NCBI GenBank assembly: GCA_003280965.1
Contig: QCDI01000003.1
Span: forward strand, 32,001-96,000
Reading direction: 5' to 3'
DNA length: 64,000 nucleotides
DNA from: Prochlorococcus sp. AG-355-B18
GTDB taxonomy: Bacteria > Cyanobacteriota > Cyanobacteriia > PCC-6307 > Cyanobiaceae
Positions 20,471 through 30,799 of this stretch are shown here, piece by piece. The translations under genes and the position numbers were made by a program. Below the pieces are notes generated by a model. That model worked only from the letters and a program-made list of their open reading frames with translations, was not told where the DNA came from and searched no databases. Within the stretch, counting starts at the first letter, position 1. Every line of letters starts with the position of its first letter.

Positions 20471-21742
20471 GTGAAAGAAAGTTTATTAAAACCAAATAAA
20501 AAATTTACTCTCCTTAGTGCCTTTATCACTCTTCTAAATGATCGTTTAAGTGAAAGCATACTACTACCTATATTACCCTCCTTTGTTTTACTTTTTGATT
20601 CTAAAGCAAGTACATATGGTTTATTATCATGCACTTACCAATTAGCTCAATTTACAGCTTCTCCTTTTATAGGACTTATGAGCGATAGATATGGAAGGAG
20701 ACCTATCACTCTTTTTTGTATTACTGGTTCAGTCATAGGAATATCAATATTATCTTTTACGGTTCTATTTAATTGGTCAAATTCAATAGCCTCTATCCCT
20801 TTATTTTTATTATTTTTAGCAAGACTAATTGACGGTTTAAGCGGGGGAACTGCAGCTACTGCAACAACAATTCTTGCAGATATTTCAAGCCCTGAAAAAA
20901 GAGCAAAAACATTTGGACTTATTGGTGTAGCTTTTGGTTTAAGTTTTTTCTTAGGTAATATTTTTGTTGTTATTTTTGCCAAAAATACAAATAATAATTT
21001 TATTATTCCAGTTTTGATAGCCTCAATCATTCCAATAATAAATTTCCTCCTTGTATTTTTTTACTTACCGGAAACCAAGCCTAATAGTGACTCAAATAAA
21101 TCAAAACCTTTTATAAAAAACCCTTTAAAAAACCTATTTACAGTTTTCAAAGAAGAAAAGATTAAAAAATTATCATTAGCTTTTTTTATTTACTTTATTG
21201 CTTTTACTGGATTGACCAATATACTTATATTCTTCCTTCAAGAATCTTTAAACTGGACGACAAAAGCATCAAGTGGAACTCTTGTTGTAGTAGGAATAAT
21301 TGCAATTATCGTTCAGGGAGGACTAATTGGGCCTCTTGTAAAACAATTTGGAGAAATGCGATTAACACTTATCGGATCAGGCTTCATTCTTGTAGCATGT
21401 GCTCTTTTAATAACTGCTCCAAAAGAAAATGCGACAATTAATATTTATTCAGCGGTATCATTTTTAGCCGTTGGGGCAGGATTAATTACGCCTACCTTAA
21501 GAGCACTAATATCAAAGAAATTAGACACTGATAAACAAGGATCAATTTTAAGTAATCTTCAAGGTCTACAGAGTCTTGGGGGGGTTTTAGGAATTGCAAT
21601 GGCAGGAAGGGTTTATGATAGTTTTGGTCCTAAATCTCCTTTTATAGCTGGTTCCGTTATCTTGCTTTTCATGATATACCTTATTGCAGAGGGTAAAAGT
21701 AATAATTCTTTTAATAATGAAAAATCAAAAGTATTGAAATGA
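20471..21742 (+). CDS. MFS transporter, TetA/DHA1-like (start GTG 20471 or ATG 20450)
   Basis: Motif A GLMSDRYGRRP; about 12 TM segments. Confidence 0.9.
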   Translation: MKESLLKPNKKFTLLSAFITLLNDRLSESILLPILPSFVLLFDSKASTYGLLSCTYQLAQFTASPFIGLMSDRYGRRPITLFCITGSVIGISILSFTVLFNWSNSIASIPLFLLFLARLIDGLSGGTAATATTILADISSPEKRAKTFGLIGVAFGLSFFLGNIFVVIFAKNTNNNFIIPVLIASIIPIINFLLVFFYLPETKPNSDSNKSKPFIKNPLKNLFTVFKEEKIKKLSLAFFIYFIAFTGLTNILIFFLQESLNWTTKASSGTLVVVGIIAIIVQGGLIGPLVKQFGEMRLTLIGSGFILVACALLITAPKENATINIYSAVSFLAVGAGLITPTLRALISKKLDTDKQGSILSNLQGLQSLGGVLGIAMAGRVYDSFGPKSPFIAGSVILLFMIYLIAEGKSNNSFNNEKSKVLK

Positions 21743-23817
21743 AACGCCAGACTGATGTTTTTATTAATAGAGAATTAAGTTGGATTGAATTCAATAAAAG
21801 AGTACTCCTTACTGGTATGGAAAAGGAGTACAAAATTCTAGATAAAGTGAAATTTTGTTCGATTTTTAGTAATAATCTTGATGAGTTTTTTATGGTAAGA
21901 GTAGCTTCATTAAAGGCTCAAGTTGAAGCAGAAATTACTAAAAAAAGTATTGACGGACTTACCCCTAAAGAGCAATTAAAAAAGATCAATAATGAAATAA
22001 AAAAGTTAACTATTCTCCAAGAAAACTTTGTAAATAATGAATTAAAAAATGAATTAAAAGAAAAAGGTGTAATTTTAAAAAAATATAAGGACCTAAGTGA
22101 AAATCAAAGAAATTGGTGTAACAACTTCTTTACAACATCTATTTTTCCTTTATTAACTCCATTAGTTGTTGATCCGGCACATCCATTTCCTTTTATAAGT
22201 AATTTAAGTCTAAATTTAGCAGCTTTAATAAAGGATGAGGAGGATTCTAAAAATCAGTTTGTCAGAGTAAAAATACCAACAAAAAATATACCCCGATTCA
22301 TACAAATTCCCAATGATATCACTCAACTTAGCGATGAAAGTTCTCACTATTTCATAAGTGTTGAAGATTTAATTGGGAATAATATAAATACTTTATTTAA
22401 CGGAATGGAATGTATAAATTATTCTTTTTTTAGAGTGACAAGAGATGCAGATTTAGAATTAAAAGAACTTGAAGCCGATGATCTTCTTTTAGCTGTTGAA
22501 CAAAGTTTGCAAAAAAGAAGATTAGGTGGAGACGTAGTTAGATTAGAAGTGGAGTCCGATATGCCAGAAAATATTTTAAAGTTACTTATTGAAAGTATCT
22601 CAATACAGAAAGAATATATATACTTTTGCAAAAGTTTATTAGGTCTAGACGATTTAAATCAACTTACAAAAATTGATAGAGATGATTTAAAAGAAAATCT
22701 ACTAATTGGGAAAACTCACCCAGAATTAAAACATTTAGATTTGCCTTCAAACAAAAACCTTAATTCTATTTTCAAGATACTTAGAAAAAAAAATATTCTG
22801 CTTCATCATCCCTATGATTTATTTAAAACTTCAGTTGAAGAATTTATAAACAGAGCAGCTGATGATCCACTTGTAATGGCTATAAAAATTACTTTATATC
22901 GAGTTTCCCAAGATTCCCCTATCATTGCAGCTTTAATGAGAGCTGCAGAGAACGGGAAAGAAGTAATGACTCTTGTTGAACTAAAAGCAAGATTTGATGA
23001 AGATAATAATATTCAATGGGCAAAACAACTTGAACAAGCTGGAATTCATGTTGTATATGGAATCATCGGATTTAAAACACATACAAAAATTGCATTGATA
23101 GTAAGAAAAGAGAAAGGACGATTAAGGAATTATTTCCATATTGGAACAGGAAATTATAACTCTAATACTTCAAAGTTTTATACAGATTTAGGATTACTTT
23201 CAACGGATCCTGATATTGCATCTGATTTACTTGAGTTATTTAACTACTTATCTGGTTTTTCTAAACAAAAAAGTTATCAAAAGTTATTAGTTTCTCCCTC
23301 ATCGATGAGAGAGAAATTTATATTTCTTATAAAGAGAGAAATTAAGAATGCAGAGGAAGGCAAAAAAGCCGAAATAATCGCAAAAATGAATTCTTTAGTA
23401 GACCCAGAAATAATTAAATTTCTTTATTTAGCTTCAGACTCAGGTGTAAAAATTAGCCTCATCATAAGAGGTATTTGTTGCCTATATCCCCAAAGAAAAA
23501 ATTTAAGTGAAAATATTAAGGTTATAAGCATTATTGGCCATTTTCTTGAGCACTCAAGAATTTTTTGGTTTTGTAATAACGGGGATAATGAGGTTTTTAT
23601 AGGGAGTGCAGATTGGATGAGAAGAAATCTTGATAGAAGAATAGAAGCTGTTACTCCTATAGAGGATTATGAATTGAAATCTAAAATATACACGCTTTTA
23701 CAAACTTACATTAGAGATAATTACTTTTCTTGGAAAATGAAAGAAGATGGTTCTTATGAAAAATATTCATTAGATTCAGCGGTTAATCGTTCACAAATGG
23801 ACCTCATACAAGAATAA
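21739..23817 (+). CDS. ppk1: Polyphosphate kinase 1
   Basis: NRELSWIEFN, NLDEFFMVRVA, HPFPFISN, ELKARFDE, KTHTK, SADWMRRNL. Confidence 0.98.
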   Translation: MKRQTDVFINRELSWIEFNKRVLLTGMEKEYKILDKVKFCSIFSNNLDEFFMVRVASLKAQVEAEITKKSIDGLTPKEQLKKINNEIKKLTILQENFVNNELKNELKEKGVILKKYKDLSENQRNWCNNFFTTSIFPLLTPLVVDPAHPFPFISNLSLNLAALIKDEEDSKNQFVRVKIPTKNIPRFIQIPNDITQLSDESSHYFISVEDLIGNNINTLFNGMECINYSFFRVTRDADLELKELEADDLLLAVEQSLQKRRLGGDVVRLEVESDMPENILKLLIESISIQKEYIYFCKSLLGLDDLNQLTKIDRDDLKENLLIGKTHPELKHLDLPSNKNLNSIFKILRKKNILLHHPYDLFKTSVEEFINRAADDPLVMAIKITLYRVSQDSPIIAALMRAAENGKEVMTLVELKARFDEDNNIQWAKQLEQAGIHVVYGIIGFKTHTKIALIVRKEKGRLRNYFHIGTGNYNSNTSKFYTDLGLLSTDPDIASDLLELFNYLSGFSKQKSYQKLLVSPSSMREKFIFLIKREIKNAEEGKKAEIIAKMNSLVDPEIIKFLYLASDSGVKISLIIRGICCLYPQRKNLSENIKVISIIGHFLEHSRIFWFCNNGDNEVFIGSADWMRRNLDRRIEAVTPIEDYELKSKIYTLLQTYIRDNYFSWKMKEDGSYEKYSLDSAVNRSQMDLIQE

Positions 23818-23917
23818 AAAAATATTGATTTTTATAACATTTAAAAAAATACTTAATATTTTAAATTTTTTTTTATTTTTATAAAAGTCACTCATATCAA
23901 AAGATTTCAAGAAATTT

Positions 23918-23941
23918 AGACAAAAAATGCTTTTTTTGTCT
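23918..23941. repeat. Perfect 10-bp inverted repeat AGACAAAAAA-tgct-TTTTTTGTCT (possible terminator or operator)
   Basis: Read directly in the ppk1-sigma intergenic region. Confidence 0.5.
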
Positions 23942-24025
23942 TTAAAGTTTCAAAGTAAAAGTGGTTTTTATTTCAATTTCAGTGCTAGCTTTTTAAAAAA
24001 TCCATTATTTTAGGAGGCCAGGGTG

Positions 24026-25045
24026 ATGGGGATCCCTCTGGAATCTGCAAAGAGTTCGTCAAAAGATAATTTTGATGAGCCAAGATTACCAAACACTGCG
24101 AGCAAGCCTCGCAAAACAAAATCCAGTCTAACTTCAAAACAAAGCCAAAAGAAATCTGGAAGACTCGCTTCTGATTCTATTGGTCATTACTTAAGTAGTA
24201 TTGGTAGAGTACCTCTTCTTACTCCAGCAGAAGAGATAGAGTTAGCTCATCATGTTCAACACATGAAAAAATTGCTAAAAATTCCTGAAACTGATAGAAC
24301 GCAACGCAATCTTTATCAAATTAAAATTGGCAAAAGAGCCAGAGACAGAATGATGGCAGCAAATCTTAGACTAGTTGTCTCTGTCGCAAAAAAATACCAA
24401 AATCAAGGGCTTGAATTATTAGACCTTGTCCAAGAAGGCGCTATTGGTTTAGAAAGAGCTGTTGATAAATTTGATCCAGCCATGGGATATAAATTTTCAA
24501 CTTATGCTTATTGGTGGATTAGGCAAGGAATGACGAGAGCAATTGATAACAGTGCTAGAACTATACGTTTACCTATTCACATAAGTGAAAAACTTTCGAA
24601 AATGAGAAGGGTTTCTAGAGAATTATCACACAAATTTGGCAGACAACCCACCAGATTAGAAATGGCTACTGAGATGGGAATTGATCAAAAAGATTTAGAA
24701 GATTTGATTTCTCAAAGTGCTCCATGCGCCTCTCTTGATGCTCATGCAAGAGGCGAAGAAGACAGAAGCACTCTTGGCGAACTTATACCTGATCCAAATT
24801 TTGAAGAGCCTATGGAAGGCATGGATAGAACTATTCAAAAAGAGCATTTAGGTACTTGGCTGTCCCAATTAAATGAAAGAGAACAAAAAATCATGAGGCT
24901 CAGATTTGGCCTTGATGGAGAAGAACCATTAACACTAGCAGAAATAGGTAGACAAATTAATGTTTCACGAGAAAGAGTAAGGCAGCTAGAAGCTAAAGCA
25001 ATATTAAAACTTAGAGTTATGACGAATCATCAAAAAGCAGCTTAG
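24026..25045 (+). CDS. Group 2 sigma-70 factor (RpoD/SigA family)
   Basis: ANLRLVVSVAKKY, KFSTYAYWWIRQ, region 4 TLAEIG...SRERVRQLE; no region 1.1; AGGAGG at 24012-24017. Confidence 0.95.
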   Translation: MGIPLESAKSSSKDNFDEPRLPNTASKPRKTKSSLTSKQSQKKSGRLASDSIGHYLSSIGRVPLLTPAEEIELAHHVQHMKKLLKIPETDRTQRNLYQIKIGKRARDRMMAANLRLVVSVAKKYQNQGLELLDLVQEGAIGLERAVDKFDPAMGYKFSTYAYWWIRQGMTRAIDNSARTIRLPIHISEKLSKMRRVSRELSHKFGRQPTRLEMATEMGIDQKDLEDLISQSAPCASLDAHARGEEDRSTLGELIPDPNFEEPMEGMDRTIQKEHLGTWLSQLNEREQKIMRLRFGLDGEEPLTLAEIGRQINVSRERVRQLEAKAILKLRVMTNHQKAA

Positions 25046-25050
25046 TCAAA

Positions 25051-25692
25051 TTGATAAAATTTACGATAGTTTTATTATATTTATTTTCAATTTTTTTAAT
25101 ATCAATAGTTTTTAAAAAATTTAATGAAAATAGCAAAGAAATTGTCAGAAAAATAATACACATTGGAATAGGACCTTTAATACCAATTGCACAATTTTTA
25201 AAAATTGATCAAAATTCAGCTCTTGTCTTTACAGGATTTGTCTCATTAACAGTTCTAATTAATTACACATATAGAATATTCCCAACAATTGAAGATGTTG
25301 AGAGGAAAAGTTATGGAACATTTTTTTATTGTCTAAGTTTATTTATCTTAATTTCTCTTTTTTGGAATAAAGATCCATATTCATTAATAACTGGATTTTT
25401 TATCATGTCATTCGGGGATGGACTAGCTGGTTTATTAGGCAAAAGCTTTAACTCAAAGAATTGGATTTTTTTTAAACAAAAAAAATCATTATTTGGTACT
25501 ATGACTATGTTTTTAACCAGCTTGATAATAGTTTACTCAATAGGATACGCCCAACAAAATAGTTTTAATTTAAATTATTTTACGATAGCTTTTTTTGCGA
25601 CTTTGCTCGAACAATTTAGTGTTTTAGGAATAGATAACTTGATTGTTCCAATATCATCAGCATTATTATTTAATTTTTTCATAACTAACTAG
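25051..25692 (+). CDS. Phytol/dolichol kinase-like (CTP-transferase family) membrane protein
   Basis: RKIIHIGIG, FGDGLAGLLG, KSLFGT, GIDNL. Confidence 0.85.
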   Translation: MIKFTIVLLYLFSIFLISIVFKKFNENSKEIVRKIIHIGIGPLIPIAQFLKIDQNSALVFTGFVSLTVLINYTYRIFPTIEDVERKSYGTFFYCLSLFILISLFWNKDPYSLITGFFIMSFGDGLAGLLGKSFNSKNWIFFKQKKSLFGTMTMFLTSLIIVYSIGYAQQNSFNLNYFTIAFFATLLEQFSVLGIDNLIVPISSALLFNFFITN

Positions 25693-26752
25693 TCGAATTG
25701 TATAAAATAGCTAGTAATTTTTTTGTTGTTTCTATATCTATGCATGCATCTGTAATGCTTCTGCCAAACTGGAGATCCTCTTTTTTAAGAAGTTTTTGAT
25801 TACCTTCTTTCAAATGACTTTCAAGCATAACTCCTAAAATATTTTTTTCACCATTACTAATTTGAGAAGCTATATTTTTCAGGACTTCTGACTGTTTTCG
25901 GAAGTCTTTATTAGAATTTCCATGACTACAATCAATCATCACTTTATGAGGAAGATTATATTGCTTCAATTCTGCTGAAATTCTTTTAACATGATCACTT
26001 TCGAAATTTGGGCCTTTTGAACCTCCTCTTAAAACTATATGTCCATCTGGATTTCCCGTAGTATTAACAATAGAAGCCATTCCATTTTCATTTACACCTA
26101 AGAAATGATGCGATTTTGAAGCTGACTGCATTGCATTTATTGCAGTAGCAAAAGAACCATCCGTTCCATTTTTAAAACCTATGGGCATTGATAATCCAGA
26201 TGCCATTTCCCTATGAGTTTGACTTTCAGTAGTACGGGCACCTATGGCTGTCCAACTTATTAAATCTGCAATATATTGAGGAACAATTGGATCTAGTAAT
26301 TCTGTAGCAGAAGGTATCCCACGAGTTGCTAGATATGAAAGCAAACTTCTTGCCTTTCTTAAACCAGTATTAATATCATAAGAATCATCAAGATGAGGAT
26401 CATTTATCAATCCCTTCCAGCCAATAGTTGTTCTTGGTTTCTCAAAATATACTCTCATAATTATTTCTAATTTATCTTTATAAATTTCTCGAAAGTTTTG
26501 AACATATTTTGAATATTCCTTTGCGGCCTCTATATCATGAATTGAACATGGACCAACAATGACTAAAAGCTTCTGATCATTATGATGCAAAATATTTTGT
26601 ATCGATCTTCTAGTTTTAGATACTGTATCAGCAGAGACTCGATCTAAAGGTATATCATTATGTAATCTGCTTGGAGGTATTAATGGACGTGTTTCAACAA
26701 CATGTAAATCTGATGTCTTTTCTAATGCTGAATTATTTGATGATGTCGTCAT
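25685..26752 (-). CDS. aroG: 3-deoxy-7-phosphoheptulonate synthase, class I-alpha
   Basis: GPCSIHD, RVYFEKPRTTIGWKG, AIGARTTESQTHRE, IDCSHGNS. Confidence 0.93.
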   Translation of the reverse strand: MTTSSNNSALEKTSDLHVVETRPLIPPSRLHNDIPLDRVSADTVSKTRRSIQNILHHNDQKLLVIVGPCSIHDIEAAKEYSKYVQNFREIYKDKLEIIMRVYFEKPRTTIGWKGLINDPHLDDSYDINTGLRKARSLLSYLATRGIPSATELLDPIVPQYIADLISWTAIGARTTESQTHREMASGLSMPIGFKNGTDGSFATAINAMQSASKSHHFLGVNENGMASIVNTTGNPDGHIVLRGGSKGPNFESDHVKRISAELKQYNLPHKVMIDCSHGNSNKDFRKQSEVLKNIASQISNGEKNILGVMLESHLKEGNQKLLKKEDLQFGRSITDACIDIETTKKLLAILYNSTS

Positions 26753-26849
26753 TGATTAATTAAGAAGTTTGAATATTTAAAAAAGCATTTATGAATACTC
26801 TCCTTTTCAATATTAAAAATAACAATAGATTAGGCATTAAACCTTACTA

Positions 26850-29423
26850 ATGAAGAATTTGGAAACATTGCTAAAAGATTATGCAGATCACGTAGCTGAA
26901 AGAGCTACCAAAGGTATACCTCCTTTACCTTTAAATGCTGAGCAAACAAATTGTGTTACAAAATTACTTGAACAAGATAGTTATTACGATTCATCTTACT
27001 TACTTGATTTACTAATTAATAGAGTACCACCAGGAGTTGATGAGGCTGCTTATGTAAAAGCAAGCTGGCTTACAGCTATTGTTAATTCCGAAAAATATTG
27101 CAAATCAATTAATCCTGAAAAAGCAATTGAAATACTAGGAACAATGATAGGTGGATATAATGTAAATTCTTTAGTTGAAATACTTAAAGGCGAAAATAAT
27201 TTACTTGCTCAAAAAGCGGCAAAAGTTTTAAAAAATATTATTCTTGTTTACGACTCAGCTAATGAAATATATGAATTATCTCAAAATAATATTTATGCGA
27301 AAGAAGTTGTAAATAGTTGGGCAAAAGCAGAATGGTTCCAAAATAAAAAAATTTTAGAAAAAGAAATTACTTGTTTAGTATTTAAAGTTGATGGGGAAAC
27401 AAATACAGACGACTTATCTCCGGCTGTACATGCCACAACACGTCCAGATATTCCAATGCACGCATTAGCTATGTTGGAATTTAAAAAACCAGATGGAATT
27501 AAGATTCTTGATGATTTAAAAAAACAAAATTTACCAATAGCTTATGTTGGAGATGTTGTTGGGACAGGAAGTTCTAGAAAATCTGCTATTAATTCACTCA
27601 TTTGGCATATAGGCGAAGATATTCCTTTTGTTCCAAACAAAAAAACAGGTGGAATAATAATTGGGGGTAAAATAGCTCCTATTTTCTTTAATACAGCACA
27701 AGATTCAGGAGCTTTACCTATAGAAGCTGACGTATCTCATATGAAAACAGGAGATATTATTAAAATATATCCTTATAAAGGCATCATTAAAAAAATTGAA
27801 AAAGATTCAAATACTGATGAATTAATAAGCAAATTCTACCTAAGTCCATCAACTCTTACTGATGAAATTCAAGCTGGCGGTAGGATTAATCTTATGATTG
27901 GAAGATCTCTTACGGACAAAATTAGAAACAAATTAGATTTTCAACCGAGTGAAATATTTATCAGACCACAAAATCCAACAGGAAGTAATTCTGGCTTTAC
28001 TCAAGCTCAAAAAATAGTAGGAAAAGCATGTGGTCTAGATGGAGTTAGACCTGGAATGACCTGTGAGCCAATTATGACCACTGTTGGTAGTCAAGATACT
28101 ACTGGTCCAATGACTAGAGATGAACTAAAAGAACTAGCTTGTTTAGGATTCACTGCGGATTTAGTGATGCAAAGTTTTTGTCATACAGCTGCATATCCTA
28201 AACCAGTAGATCTCGTTACCCATAAAGAGTTACCTGATTTTATATCTCAAAGAGGTGGGGTAGCTCTTAAACCTGGAGACGGCATAATTCATAGCTGGCT
28301 TAACAGAATGCTTCTCCCTGATACAGTTGGCACAGGTGGAGATAGTCATACAAGATTTCCTCTTGGCATTTCATTTCCTGGAGGCTCTGGCATTGTTGCC
28401 TTTGCCGCTGCAATAGGATCAATGCCATTAAATATGCCGGAATCTGTGCTTGTTAAATTTAAGGGAGAATTATTAAAAGGAATTACTTTAAGAGATTTAG
28501 TAAATGCAATCCCTCTCTTCGCAATTAAAAAGGGGCTCTTAACTGTTGAGAAGGCAAATAAGAAAAATATATTTAACGGGAAAATTATGGAAATTGAAGG
28601 ATTACCAAACCTAAAACTTGAACAAGCTTTTGAGCTAACTGATGCTACAGCAGAACGCTCATGCGCTGGTAGCACAATACTTTTATCCCAAGACACTATT
28701 GAAGAATACTTAAGAAGCAATATATGCCTACTAGAAAAAATGATTGAGAGCAATTATGAAGACTCAAAATCGATTACAAGAAGAATAAATGATATGAAAA
28801 ATTGGTTAAAAAAGCCCTCATTAATTCAACCAGATAAAGACGCTCAGTATGAAGAAATCATTGAAATTGATTTAGCAAAAGTCACACAACCTATAGTTGC
28901 TTGCCCTAACGATCCAGATAACGTAAAGGAGATCAAAGATGTTGCAAACACAAATATAGACGAAGTTTTTATAGGTTCTTGCATGACAAATATTGGTCAT
29001 TACAGAGCAGCCGCGAAAGTTCTTGAAGGAGTACAAAATTTAAAAGCTAAATTATGGATTTGTCCCCCTACAAAAATGGATGAAGATACTCTTAAGGCTG
29101 AAGGATATTACAAAATATTTGAAAATTGTGGAGCAAGATTAGAGTTGCCAGGCTGTTCTTTATGTATGGGAAATCAAGCCAGAGTAGATGAAGGATCTGT
29201 AGTATTTTCAACTAGTACTAGAAATTTTGATAATAGACTTGGCAAAAATGCGCAAGTATTTTTAGGGAGTGCTGAATTAGCAGCAGTTTGCGCACTTCTT
29301 GGGAAAATTCCTGAAGTAGAAGAATATCAGGATATTACTAAAAATAAAATTAATCCATATTCAGATGAACTTTATCGTTATCTTCAATTTGATGAAATGC
29401 GCGATTTCACTTTATCAAAGTGA
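26850..29423 (+). CDS. acnB: Aconitate hydratase B
   Basis: RVPPGVDEAAYVKA, GTGSSRKSA, GSQDTTGPMT, IGSCMTN, PGCSLCMGNQ. Confidence 0.98.
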   Translation: MKNLETLLKDYADHVAERATKGIPPLPLNAEQTNCVTKLLEQDSYYDSSYLLDLLINRVPPGVDEAAYVKASWLTAIVNSEKYCKSINPEKAIEILGTMIGGYNVNSLVEILKGENNLLAQKAAKVLKNIILVYDSANEIYELSQNNIYAKEVVNSWAKAEWFQNKKILEKEITCLVFKVDGETNTDDLSPAVHATTRPDIPMHALAMLEFKKPDGIKILDDLKKQNLPIAYVGDVVGTGSSRKSAINSLIWHIGEDIPFVPNKKTGGIIIGGKIAPIFFNTAQDSGALPIEADVSHMKTGDIIKIYPYKGIIKKIEKDSNTDELISKFYLSPSTLTDEIQAGGRINLMIGRSLTDKIRNKLDFQPSEIFIRPQNPTGSNSGFTQAQKIVGKACGLDGVRPGMTCEPIMTTVGSQDTTGPMTRDELKELACLGFTADLVMQSFCHTAAYPKPVDLVTHKELPDFISQRGGVALKPGDGIIHSWLNRMLLPDTVGTGGDSHTRFPLGISFPGGSGIVAFAAAIGSMPLNMPESVLVKFKGELLKGITLRDLVNAIPLFAIKKGLLTVEKANKKNIFNGKIMEIEGLPNLKLEQAFELTDATAERSCAGSTILLSQDTIEEYLRSNICLLEKMIESNYEDSKSITRRINDMKNWLKKPSLIQPDKDAQYEEIIEIDLAKVTQPIVACPNDPDNVKEIKDVANTNIDEVFIGSCMTNIGHYRAAAKVLEGVQNLKAKLWICPPTKMDEDTLKAEGYYKIFENCGARLELPGCSLCMGNQARVDEGSVVFSTSTRNFDNRLGKNAQVFLGSAELAAVCALLGKIPEVEEYQDITKNKINPYSDELYRYLQFDEMRDFTLSK

Positions 29424-29432
29424 TCATGGATT

Positions 29433-30791
29433 ATGCCAAACCTCATAAAAGAAAATACTCAAAAGACCAGTAATAATTCTTCTCGTAGCATCAAAAAATT
29501 ATTAAGACAAAGATCTCTTGTCGTTGCGTTATCTCTCTTACTAACAGGCTTAGGCGCTTCAATTACAAGTATATCTTTTAAAACTGGAATCTACTTCATT
29601 AACAATTGGAGATTAGCACTATTAGACCAATTCCCATCTATTGCAGTATTACCAATCTTTGGAGCCATTGGAGGAGCAATTGCAGGATATTTGATCAAAA
29701 ATATTGCACCTGCTGCAAAAGGTTCAGGTGTGAGTCAAATCATGGGTTTTTTAAGGCATAAAAAAGTGCCTATGAATATAAAAGTAGGATTAGTAAAGCT
29801 CGTATCAGGAATTATTGCTATTGGGAGTGGTTTCCCTTTGGGTCCAGAAGGTCCATCTGTTCAAATGGGAGGATCTGTTGCTTGGCAAATGGCCAAATGG
29901 CTCAAAGCCCCTACAGCATTCAGGAGAGTAATAGTGGCAGCAGGTGGTGGTGCTGGAATAGCTGCGGTGTTTAGCGCTCCATTAGGAGGATTTGTTTATG
30001 CAATAGAAGAACTATTAAACTCTGCGAGACCAGTGATTTTGTTATTAGTAGTAATTACAACTTTCATTGCAGATTCATCTGCTGATATTATTCAAGCCTT
30101 GGGTTTAGATCCTAAAGCTGGAGGATTTGATTTTAACGTAGGATTTTTGATTCAAAAAGAATATGACCCATCAGTTTTTTTCTTACCTGTAGATTTTATT
30201 TATCTAGTTTTACTAGGAATAATTATTGGGATCTGTGCAGAAATGTACAGTAGATATGTTTTATTAATGCAAAATCTTGGGAAAAAGTGGTATAAAAATA
30301 AATTTGTTTTAAAAATGAGTATCTGTGGACTCATCTTAGGAAGTATCTATTCTTTTTTACCAAGTACCTTTCATAATTTGGATGAATTACAGAAAGTAAT
30401 AGCTGAGCAAAATACAAGCATTGGGATTGCTTTATTAGCAGTTTTAGTATTGTTTATCACGACAGGTTTAGCTGCAGCATCTGGAGCTCCTGGAGGATTG
30501 TTCTACCCAATGCTTACTTTAGGAGGGGCAATAGGACTAATAATGGGGAGCTGGGTAGAAATTGCCACAGGACATGCACCAAGTACATATATTTTTGCAG
30601 GCATGGGCGCCTTCGTAGCAGGATGTTCACGAACTCCAATAACAGCAATGTTTCTAGCTTTTGCCTTAACAAAAAATTTATTAATCATGAAACCCGTCTT
30701 AATCAGCTGCATTGCCAGTTTCTTGATAGCAAGAGCTTTTAATGAGGAATCAATTTATGAAAGACAAATTCAAATAGAACTAGAAGACTAA
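29433..30791 (+). CDS. ClC family H+/Cl- transporter without CBS domain
   Basis: GSGVS, GPEGPSVQ, YAIEEL, PGGLFYP, C-terminal SIY. Confidence 0.93.
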   Translation: MPNLIKENTQKTSNNSSRSIKKLLRQRSLVVALSLLLTGLGASITSISFKTGIYFINNWRLALLDQFPSIAVLPIFGAIGGAIAGYLIKNIAPAAKGSGVSQIMGFLRHKKVPMNIKVGLVKLVSGIIAIGSGFPLGPEGPSVQMGGSVAWQMAKWLKAPTAFRRVIVAAGGGAGIAAVFSAPLGGFVYAIEELLNSARPVILLLVVITTFIADSSADIIQALGLDPKAGGFDFNVGFLIQKEYDPSVFFLPVDFIYLVLLGIIIGICAEMYSRYVLLMQNLGKKWYKNKFVLKMSICGLILGSIYSFLPSTFHNLDELQKVIAEQNTSIGIALLAVLVLFITTGLAAASGAPGGLFYPMLTLGGAIGLIMGSWVEIATGHAPSTYIFAGMGAFVAGCSRTPITAMFLAFALTKNLLIMKPVLISCIASFLIARAFNEESIYERQIQIELED

Positions 30792-30799
30792 AAAATTTT

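Noticed and set aside
29433..30791. ClC as a fluoride- or nitrate-selective variant
   Set aside because: It keeps the GSG serine and gating glutamate typical of Cl-/H+ antiporters
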